Below, one piece after another: positions 10,587-17,794 of a stretch of 20,000 bases of DNA. A program made the translations under genes and the position numbers. Origin of the DNA: an uncultured virus (IMG/VR IMGVR_UViG_3300032030_000077) (Duplodnaviria; Heunggongvirae; Uroviricota; Caudoviricetes); IMG/VR virus record IMGVR_UViG_3300032030_000077, one strand, 5' to 3'. Under the pieces are notes generated by a model that was not told where the DNA came from, searched no databases, and saw only the letters and a program-made list of their open reading frames with translations. Numbering within the stretch: position 1 is the first letter of the stretch; each line of letters opens with the position of its first letter.

Positions 10587-10620
10587 AAAACCAGGTGGAG
10601 CTTTGACACCCCACCCGGCT
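10587..10620 (-). terminator. Intrinsic terminator after the capsid gene
   Basis: Minus strand reads GCCGGGTGGGG-TGTCAAAG-CTCCACCTGGT-TTTATT: a GC-rich 11-bp stem with G-U pairs and a short U tract, starting about 17 nt after the capsid stop. Confidence 0.7.
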
Positions 10621-10636
10621 GAATAAAAACTTAAGA

Positions 10637-12817
10637 TCAAGCCTTCTGAGCAGACTCGATAACGATTGCACTGTAAGGAACAGTGAGAGCACCAGAGCAT
10701 CTGGTCTCGATCAGATACTTCATCTGGTTGTAGTCGATGTCGAAATCATCGAACATAGAAACTGCTCCGCCCTTATCAGCGCCTACAGTGTAGTCAGAAA
10801 GGTTAACAATGATACCGATAAGATCTCTCTGAACGTTACTTACAGTTCTCTGCTGTCCTTCCATTACCTGAACGGTAACGATGCGGCTTACACGCATAGC
10901 GGAAGCAACCTCAGCCTCGGACTTGTAAAGTCTGTGGCCCATGTTGTCCTCAAGAAGGAGCATATCTGTAAGAACATCTTCAGTGGTGAAGAATACAGGA
11001 TTTCCTGATCCCTTGTAGTTCTTACGAGCCTTAACTGCTGCACGGATGTAAGCCCTAGCCTTGTCATCGTCAGTAGCGTCTGCTTCATACTCAACAAACT
11101 GCTTTATGGTGAAGAGATCGTCATCGGTCCAGATAGGTCTGATGTGATCATGCTTGATGTGATCGTTAGATGCGGTAGATCTTCCGTCACCGATAAGAAT
11201 TGCTCTAGCGATTTCCTCGTCGAGCATCATTCTCATCTCGCCCTTGATCCATGCAACTACGTCGAAATCGGTGATGTCGATAACATCATCACGATCCATC
11301 TTCTGCTTCTTATAGATGGTCTGAGGATCAGTGGATCTCTTGAGCAGAGTGAAGACTTCCTCAGTCTTTCTCTGTCCCTTGAGGTAACCCTTAGCACGTG
11401 CTTCATCCTCAGTGATGTCTGCAAATACAGACTTAATGCGGCTGAAAGGAACATGCTTGGTTCCACCAAGTACTCCGGCAACCCAATCAGTGTTTCTCTT
11501 GATCCAAGCAGGAGGATTGTTGAGAGACTTTGCTTCAGGGAACAGGAATGAAGGATCATTTACCATGTAAGCCTGAACATCCTCGGAACGCTCGATATCG
11601 GTTCCATGCTGAAGAACCATATCACTGATTCCCATCTCCTCTTTGTGAGCCAGGAAGGACTCCTTAAGAGATCCATACTTCTTCATGTCAGCGATGATGC
11701 TGTTCTGCTCGTCAAGAGTCATGCTGTGAGCAAGAACTGCGCCCTGGCTATCGTTGTCAAATACATTGTGCTTCATATCTTCTTCTCCTTTATCAGAATT
11801 TTCGTCAGCTTTCTTCAAAGCCTCGCTGACGCAGTAATTAAGAACTTTCTTCTGTTCTTCGTTCATGGTGTCGATAACATCCTGAACGGTCCTCTTACCT
11901 TCGCCGTCAGCATGCTCGAGATGTTCATTTTCCATATCGCTGTCCTCTTCTGAATGTCTAATTCCAACTCCATTAAGCTGATTACTGGTTTGAGCTAATG
12001 CCGACTGAAGCTGATTATGCATATTTCTAGCCATCTGTGTAAGTCTTCCATCATCCCAAACAGCTCTTGAGTTTTTATAATCATTGAGATATCCAGTTCC
12101 ATATCTCTTTATAAGATCTTTACACCAGTCGACGCTCATGGAATTAAATACAAAATCGCCATTATTATTCCTATGATAACCCTCAAGAGTAGTATCAACA
12201 GGACTCTGATCTATAGTCCAACTGACATGTATCTTATCATCGTTCTTATTATAAGATGCTCTAGGACTTTTAACATCAGAATTCAAAGGAAGATAATGCG
12301 TAGCTTTAATTCCTACAGCATGCTCGAGTGACTCATCGTCATTAGATTCGATGTCATTAGACTCGATGTCATCATCGCTGAATATAACAGCTTCTTCCGG
12401 ATCAATGCCGTCTTCACTGTGCGCTATTGCTGTATCAATGAATGCACCGGGATTTGCACCGGCCAGAACCAAAGACACCTCACGGATTATTCCATGAACA
12501 ACATCGCTACCGTTCTGATGCTTAAGCTGATTTGCATATATGGAAAGAGACTTTATGTCGCCATTATCGACGAGCTCTCTCGCATTCTTGCCCTGAGTTG
12601 TATCATTCAGGAAAATATCAGCATAAACGCCTTCGTCTTTGCAGTGAAGGAGAGCATGACCGAGTACATTAAGAGGGGAATCATGCTTGTGATCCCACAC
12701 GAGCGGAACGGTCTGTCCATCGCACTCATCAAATGCTCCGGGTTTTATAGTTCTTCCATCTGCACACTTGATGTTAAAGCGGGTAGCCCATCCACCAAAG
12801 TCTCTAGTCTTACCCAT
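10637..12817 (-). CDS. Prohead protease-scaffold-major capsid protein fusion (HK97 fold), 726 aa
   Basis: Residues 1-130 match an HK97-type prohead serine protease (PLVWDH with candidate catalytic His43, KSLSI with candidate Ser92, REVSLV..ANPGA). The C-terminal part is capsid-like (QTIYKKQKMDRDD, EEIARAILIGDG, FDDFDIDYNQMKYLIETRCSGAL). It follows the portal and has a GGAGG SD. Confidence 0.92.
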   Translation of the reverse strand: MGKTRDFGGWATRFNIKCADGRTIKPGAFDECDGQTVPLVWDHKHDSPLNVLGHALLHCKDEGVYADIFLNDTTQGKNARELVDNGDIKSLSIYANQLKHQNGSDVVHGIIREVSLVLAGANPGAFIDTAIAHSEDGIDPEEAVIFSDDDIESNDIESNDDESLEHAVGIKATHYLPLNSDVKSPRASYNKNDDKIHVSWTIDQSPVDTTLEGYHRNNNGDFVFNSMSVDWCKDLIKRYGTGYLNDYKNSRAVWDDGRLTQMARNMHNQLQSALAQTSNQLNGVGIRHSEEDSDMENEHLEHADGEGKRTVQDVIDTMNEEQKKVLNYCVSEALKKADENSDKGEEDMKHNVFDNDSQGAVLAHSMTLDEQNSIIADMKKYGSLKESFLAHKEEMGISDMVLQHGTDIERSEDVQAYMVNDPSFLFPEAKSLNNPPAWIKRNTDWVAGVLGGTKHVPFSRIKSVFADITEDEARAKGYLKGQRKTEEVFTLLKRSTDPQTIYKKQKMDRDDVIDITDFDVVAWIKGEMRMMLDEEIARAILIGDGRSTASNDHIKHDHIRPIWTDDDLFTIKQFVEYEADATDDDKARAYIRAAVKARKNYKGSGNPVFFTTEDVLTDMLLLEDNMGHRLYKSEAEVASAMRVSRIVTVQVMEGQQRTVSNVQRDLIGIIVNLSDYTVGADKGGAVSMFDDFDIDYNQMKYLIETRCSGALTVPYSAIVIESAQKA
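12338..12372. repeat. 15-bp tandem repeat (about 2.3 copies) encoding the acidic linker DIESN-DIESN
   Basis: Plus strand reads GTCATTAGATTCGAT GTCATTAGACTCGAT GTCAT. Confidence 0.85.
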
Positions 12818-12845
12818 TTTGATTTTTCCTCCATTTTCTTACTTG

Positions 12846-14078
12846 CTATGACTCCATAGATACGTCTATTTCTTCACTCTCGGCTTCTTCCAGAGCTTCT
12901 TTTGGCTGTGAAAGGTTGTTGTTGACCAACTGATCTGCCTGAGGATCGTCGACCGGCTTCATTCCAATTGCCTGTCTAATTTCATTAGAAGTTGCGATAC
13001 AGTTCCTAGTAAGCTTATCTGCCAACTCTGCGAAATCAGCTATAGGCATAAGTTTGAACGGGTCTCTGAAGAACATTATTGACTGACCCTGAGTCATGGC
13101 TGTCTTAGTAAGAAATTTGCGTTTCATTTCATCAGTTATTGCTGAAACTATAGGTTCAATTGTCCTGGTATAATAGTTCTGCATGACTTTTTCGTCTGCG
13201 GTTCCATCCATTACTGCCTGAGTTATTCCAAGCTGGCTGTACAGCATGTTTGTGAAATACTCAACCTGTTCGATCATGTTGTTATCTATTGATCTATTAA
13301 GCTGGGTTATCTTTTCAGTTCCATCTGCGTATGCGATGCCATACTTGGAGCTGGACAATTGCATCTCTATGTCTTTACGTCTTCTCTCGGCCTGCTGTCT
13401 TCTAGCCGGAGTTTTAATAATGTAAGGAAGCTGGATGATCATATCCAGTTTTCCAGTGGAATTATGCTCGTCAATTGTGTCCAATAAATTAAGCTTCCTT
13501 ATAAGCCTTGAAGCCGTGGAACTTGGTTCATTCATTACTGAATAGAACGGGTTCTCTATAATGGCTACTGACTCTTTGGGAAGTGTTATCTCTTGCTCAT
13601 GGCCTATTCGGTCGTTGTACACTTTTACACGAACGTAATCCGGATACCACTGCACTATCTTGCCGACTCTCATTGAGAGAATATCAAAGGCACCTTTTCT
13701 AATGTCGGTATTCGTGTCTATCGGTACTATTGCTATGCATCCCTCGTCGAGAAGTGACATAACAACATCCTGAATAAACTGTCTTCCATTCTGGTCTTTG
13801 TTTGCAGATAGTGATAGGCAATTGTTGAAATCACTTTTGATTTCTTCTTTGTATCTTCCATCTTCGTCAGTTCTTACATGACGAATATTTATGGTTGAAG
13901 CATCTATAGCTATTCGATTATAGACAGCATTTATCATCGAACGCTCATTTCCTCTCGTGAATCTAACACGATCAGGTCTTGTATAATAAGCTTCACCATA
14001 ATTCCTATAATCATAGTACGGGCCGTCTCTACCGAGAAAGGCGTTCCATCCATGATGAAGTCTATCTTTTAAACTCAT
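12846..14078 (-). CDS. Portal protein (410 aa)
   Basis: Size, position immediately before the protease/capsid gene and motifs WNAF, YNRIAID, LSLSANKDQ, LDMIIQLPY, YYTRTIEPIVSAITDEMKRKFL and TSNEIRQAIGMKP (HK97-type NE-x-R motif). Confidence 0.93.
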   Translation of the reverse strand: MSLKDRLHHGWNAFLGRDGPYYDYRNYGEAYYTRPDRVRFTRGNERSMINAVYNRIAIDASTINIRHVRTDEDGRYKEEIKSDFNNCLSLSANKDQNGRQFIQDVVMSLLDEGCIAIVPIDTNTDIRKGAFDILSMRVGKIVQWYPDYVRVKVYNDRIGHEQEITLPKESVAIIENPFYSVMNEPSSTASRLIRKLNLLDTIDEHNSTGKLDMIIQLPYIIKTPARRQQAERRRKDIEMQLSSSKYGIAYADGTEKITQLNRSIDNNMIEQVEYFTNMLYSQLGITQAVMDGTADEKVMQNYYTRTIEPIVSAITDEMKRKFLTKTAMTQGQSIMFFRDPFKLMPIADFAELADKLTRNCIATSNEIRQAIGMKPVDDPQADQLVNNNLSQPKEALEEAESEEIDVSMES

Positions 14079-14098
14079 TTTGAATTTTTCCTTTCTCG

Positions 14099-16303
14099 TT
14101 ATCTTCGACGAAGCTCTTCTCTAACAGCATCTACATAGCTACTTATTCTTTCATTGTCGGGAAGCGAAGCCATGTCAACATTGCTGACCTGACTTATGAC
14201 AGGAGCTGCAGTACGCTGATACTTGATAGCATCTTCCTGATACTTATAGCTTCCGCCATAGTTTCCATAACCGATCTGAGCTTCAGCCTGAGCGGTATAA
14301 TAGCCGTCTTTTAACTGACGTATCCTGTTATTGTAATAATCCTGAGAATCGAATTTACGTCCGGAATCGTTCTTTATTTCAGTAGCTATCTGGTTTTTAA
14401 TAAAACCGTATGCTCCTGAACTTCTTGTTGAACTGAAACCTGCATCGTTAAGGGCTCTTTCAAGTAATCCCATACGATTGTTCTGGGTGGTGTTTCGTGC
14501 ATTGTTATACGCGTCAGCAGTATCTTTCTTAATGTCTTTAACTCCACTTGAAACTGCATCCTGTACTTTACCTATAGTTTTAGCTATATCATCGGTCTTA
14601 TCATTTGCAGTCTTCATAGCGTTAGACACTTTATCTGCTACGTCTTCACCTTTTTTAGAGTCTGCAGGTTTACCGGAATTGTTTTGCTGCCGATTCTGCT
14701 GATTATTAGGCTTTTGCGGTTGCTTCTGCTGATTCTGTTGCTGATTACCAGGTTTTTGCTGCTGATTGTTCTGCTGGTTATTATTGTTATTGCCACTTCC
14801 ACCAGTAGCTAAGCTCTTGATGTACTCTGACAAATACTGTTTAACACCAGAAGAAATTCCAGCAGGGATGTCCTCGATCAAATGATCTTTAAGATTGCTT
14901 ATAAGCTGTTCACCTGCAGTCTTTGGCGGGGCAGGATTATTTTTAGCGTACTCTTCCTTGTAAAGTCTTTCGTTACGCATTCTTTCTGTAGCAATCTTAA
15001 GTTCTTCGTCTGTCATTTCAGAAGGCTTCTTATTTTCGTAAGACTTCTTCTGCTGACCAGGATCATTAACATCCGTATCAGTATCTATTCGCTTTCCTTT
15101 ATAGTCGTATGTACCATGCGATGTCTTAAATGTAGTCTTCTTATTAATCTTCTTATTCTTACCTGTTCGGAGATTGTAACTTCTGATCATGTTTTTCATC
15201 TGATCTGGAGTTAATATATCTCCGTATCTTCTCCTACCTTCCTCAGTCAAAGAGCCGTCCGGGTTCTGAAACCGTCTAATGCCCCATTTCTGACCGAGAA
15301 TACCATGATGCTCCAAATGTTCATCTTCATCCATTGCTGAATGTCTGGCAGATCTCAGATCTCTAATTTCAGCATTGAGTCTATCCCAATCAGACTGGGT
15401 CATCTCTGATGCTTTAATGTCTGACATGCCAAGGTTCTCAGCTGCTTCATTTACATACCACCATGTATTATAATCATGACTTCCTTCAAAGTGGTCAACT
15501 ATTTCTTTAGCTTTATCGACACTCTTTAAATCACTTTCCGTATATTTGTAGCCACCATCATTAAATAAAACCAGATAAAATGCATCCGACTCCGGCTTAT
15601 TTTTGGCTTCAAATTTATACATCATAGTTGTTGCTAAACTATTAGATAAATGGAAATTCTTTTCGAGTTCGTCTGCGCCAACTTCTTCAAAAGCGTTAGA
15701 CAATGTTTCTTTCAAAGAGTCTTTAGTAGACTTAAAAACATCATCGTATTTTGCTTCAAGCTCTCGCGCTTTTTCAGTCTTACCGTTTTCGTTAAGATAA
15801 TACGATACGGCATTAACTGATTGCTGTTGACCATCTTCGAGACATCCCATAAATCCTTCGTTGCCAATGTCTTCAATTGTTAAATCTTCAGGATTCTTTT
15901 TATAATAAAGCGCGCTTGCTGCTATTTCAGTAGCTGCTTCATAGTAAGACATTGTTCCTTTATCTAAACCTTCAACCAATTCATCACATTCGTCAGATAT
16001 GTCTTTTAATTTCTTAGTATACTCTTCACAGATATCATAAGATTTATTCTTAGCATCAGAAGACGCACCAGTCATCCTGAACAGTTTTTCTACACCGCTC
16101 ATATCGCTGTCATTCGCGTAAATACCTTCTAACGTCTTCTTTATTAAATCTTTCTGCAATTTGTTTGTCTTACGATATCTAAGCATACCTTCGGAAGTAA
16201 GGCTACCATCCCGATTCTGAAACCGTCTGATACCCCATTTCATACCGAGTATGCCATGATGCTCCAAATAATCTGGAGACCTTTCGACGTAGTAATTGCT
16301 CAT
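14099..16303 (-). CDS. Modular head-associated protein with two LEH-HGILGxKWGIRRFQN tags and two unrelated cargo regions (734 aa; start revised to ATG 16303)
   Basis: SD GAGGAG at 16311-16316 precedes ATG 16303, while the longer TTG start lies inside a hairpin. Tags lie at 16175-16267 and 15224-15316. There is also a KKPSEMTDEELK..ER helix and an N/Q-rich tract. Function unknown. Confidence 0.8.
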   Translation of the reverse strand: MSNYYVERSPDYLEHHGILGMKWGIRRFQNRDGSLTSEGMLRYRKTNKLQKDLIKKTLEGIYANDSDMSGVEKLFRMTGASSDAKNKSYDICEEYTKKLKDISDECDELVEGLDKGTMSYYEAATEIAASALYYKKNPEDLTIEDIGNEGFMGCLEDGQQQSVNAVSYYLNENGKTEKARELEAKYDDVFKSTKDSLKETLSNAFEEVGADELEKNFHLSNSLATTMMYKFEAKNKPESDAFYLVLFNDGGYKYTESDLKSVDKAKEIVDHFEGSHDYNTWWYVNEAAENLGMSDIKASEMTQSDWDRLNAEIRDLRSARHSAMDEDEHLEHHGILGQKWGIRRFQNPDGSLTEEGRRRYGDILTPDQMKNMIRSYNLRTGKNKKINKKTTFKTSHGTYDYKGKRIDTDTDVNDPGQQKKSYENKKPSEMTDEELKIATERMRNERLYKEEYAKNNPAPPKTAGEQLISNLKDHLIEDIPAGISSGVKQYLSEYIKSLATGGSGNNNNNQQNNQQQKPGNQQQNQQKQPQKPNNQQNRQQNNSGKPADSKKGEDVADKVSNAMKTANDKTDDIAKTIGKVQDAVSSGVKDIKKDTADAYNNARNTTQNNRMGLLERALNDAGFSSTRSSGAYGFIKNQIATEIKNDSGRKFDSQDYYNNRIRQLKDGYYTAQAEAQIGYGNYGGSYKYQEDAIKYQRTAAPVISQVSNVDMASLPDNERISSYVDAVREELRRR
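14678..14791 (-). repeat. Low-complexity Asn/Gln-rich coding tract
   Basis: Encodes NNNNNQQNNQQQKPGNQQQNQQKQPQKPNNQQNRQQNN from degenerate AAT/AAC/CAG triplets. Confidence 0.85.
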
Positions 16304-16320
16304 TTTAGATCTCCTCTTTA

Positions 16321-16433
16321 TAAGAATCCCCATGCTGTAAGAAAATGCAGAAGCCATGCCCACTGATGCCAAGGAAAGGAGACAAAGAATGGCGGCACAA
16401 CTCCTGCACTCTCTTATAGCACAGGGATTCTTA
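16321..16433 (-). other. Long intergenic RNA hairpin (about 40-bp stem)
   Basis: Arms TAAGAATCCCTGTGCTATAAGAGAGTGCAGGAG and CTTCTGCATTTTCTTACAGCATGGGGATTCTTA pair at 27/33 Watson-Crick positions. Five of the six remaining positions are G-U on the minus strand, and the stem extends 7 more bp (TTGTGCC/GGCATGG). Confidence 0.8.
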
Positions 16434-16441
16434 AAATATCT

Positions 16442-16894
16442 TTACTTGGAAAGAGGATAGATCTTAGATGTAACCTCATCCAAGCTGCCGTCAGCTTTTG
16501 CCTTTTCGATAGCCTCAGCTGCATTTTCAGGTATTACTTTGTTAATAAACTCGGCAGCCGCTTCATGATTTGTTGCAAGCTCCATGAAAAGTACCGGATA
16601 TGCAGCCGTCTGCTCGAATTCTTCGGAAAGCGGTCTTCCTGTCTGCGGATCTTTCTTATAGAACGATTTGCCATCAAGTGATCTCTCACCGTAAGCCATA
16701 AGGATCAGGCTCTTAAAGAGTTTAATAAGCTCCGGTGTGTTCTGGGCATTTGCAATTCTGGTGATCCACTGATCGAATCCACCATCCTTTGAAAGTTCCA
16801 TTTCCATAATCTCAGCATCGCTGAAATTGAAGTAGAAATCTTCCTTTCTCTTGTTTCCTGAGTAATCGGTATACTCAATCGTTTTAATGTACAT
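16442..16894 (-). CDS. Putative tail assembly chaperone 1 (150 aa; start revised to ATG 16894)
   Basis: SD AAAGGAG at 16901-16907. Immediately follows the major tail gene. Motifs YTDYSG..RKEDFYFN and AYGERSLDGKSFYK, and FEQTAAY..LFMEL. Confidence 0.7.
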   Translation of the reverse strand: MYIKTIEYTDYSGNKRKEDFYFNFSDAEIMEMELSKDGGFDQWITRIANAQNTPELIKLFKSLILMAYGERSLDGKSFYKKDPQTGRPLSEEFEQTAAYPVLFMELATNHEAAAEFINKVIPENAAEAIEKAKADGSLDEVTSKIYPLSK

Positions 16895-16918
16895 AATTTT
16901 CTCCTTTCTAGACATAAC

Positions 16919-16950
16919 AAAAGGGGCCAGCGGTTAAGCCAGCCCCAAAA
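16919..16950 (-). terminator. Intrinsic terminator after the major tail gene
   Basis: Minus strand reads GGGGCTGGC-TTAACC-GCTGGCCCC-TTTTG. Confidence 0.7.
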
Positions 16951-16965
16951 TCATTTTGATCAACC

Positions 16966-17670
16966 TTATGCAAGCATTGCAATAACTGCATCAGGAAGAG
17001 GAAGATAAGGATCTGTAGCAACAGACTGAGGATCCTCAGGATCTGCATCGGTTCCGAAGAGTGCATCCGTAAGTCTCTTAAGCTTAGCCTTTGCCTCTTC
17101 GGTTGTGAAAGCAGTGCTGTCAATAGTAAGCAGAGAGGTAGGCTTATAGACATTGTCAGAAGCATCTTTAGAAGTAAGGGTAACAGGAGTGGTTGTGAAC
17201 TCCCAGCTGAACTCGATAGCATCAGGGCTATCATTGATGGTCTGATAATCTCTCTCTGAAGGAGATGCCATGCATCCGTATACAAGGTGAATCTTGTATC
17301 CATGATCGTTACCGTCGGTGTCGTTACCAAGAACGGTTCTGTAAGCAAGACCAAAGCTCTTTCTTGACTGCTGTCCGATAGTAAGTCCACCAACCTTAGC
17401 TTCGCCGTTGCAAAGTGCCCACTCATCGGGATACATGAATGCCTTGATTGTTCCCTTGAAGGTCTCTGCTGAATAAATGCTGAGATACTTAATGTTATCA
17501 GCATACTTGTCGTTAGGCTCTGCTCCTTCAGGAGTCTCGGTAACACCGGTAAGGCCATTCCAAGCTACTCCAAGAGGATAAGCTCCTCCAGACTGAAGAT
17601 AAAGTACACCATGATCGATACCTGTCTCAAAGAGACGCTCGCCGATCTGATCCCACTGTAAAGCGCTCAT
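16966..17670 (-). CDS. Major tail (tube) protein, 234 aa
   Basis: Motifs WDQIGERLFETGIDHGVLY, GVAWNGLTGVTETP, YADNIKYL, FGLAYRT, GYKIHLVYG and YQTINDSPDAIEFSWE. Strong AAAGGAG SD and a following terminator, as expected for a highly expressed gene. Confidence 0.88.
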   Translation of the reverse strand: MSALQWDQIGERLFETGIDHGVLYLQSGGAYPLGVAWNGLTGVTETPEGAEPNDKYADNIKYLSIYSAETFKGTIKAFMYPDEWALCNGEAKVGGLTIGQQSRKSFGLAYRTVLGNDTDGNDHGYKIHLVYGCMASPSERDYQTINDSPDAIEFSWEFTTTPVTLTSKDASDNVYKPTSLLTIDSTAFTTEEAKAKLKRLTDALFGTDADPEDPQSVATDPYLPLPDAVIAMLA

Positions 17671-17754
17671 AATATTTCTCCTTTAAAAATGTTAATTTGT
17701 TACTTTAGCCACCATTAGAAGTTTACTAGGACATCTAACAGTTATGCTTGGAAT

Positions 17755-17787
17755 AAAAATCCCACTCATCTATTGATTGTAGTGGGA
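17755..17787 (-). terminator. Probable intrinsic terminator after the 406-aa gene
   Basis: Minus strand reads TCCCACT-(14 nt)-AGTGGGA-TTTTT, beginning 7 nt after the stop codon. Confidence 0.55.
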
Positions 17788-17794
17788 ATTAATA

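Noticed and set aside
10888..11559. Alternative-frame minus-strand ORFs inside the capsid gene
   Set aside because: Explained by the biased codon usage of a highly expressed gene, with no supporting motif.
11954..12316. Capsid-gene insert as an intein or intron
   Set aside because: No N-terminal Cys/Ser with C-terminal His-Asn, no homing endonuclease motif, and the reading frame is uninterrupted.
16304..16372. Longer N-terminus for the 757-aa ORF (likewise the upstream starts at 16915, 10609 and 10041)
   Set aside because: Downstream ATGs have well-spaced SD sequences, while the longer starts fall in hairpins or terminators, or overlap neighbouring genes.
16908..17558. 216-aa alternative-frame ORF overlapping the major tail gene (possible frameshift extension)
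   Set aside because: The sequence is Leu/Ser-rich and off-frame-like. It extends only about 19 codons past the tail stop, through the terminator, and adds no Ig-like or other domain.
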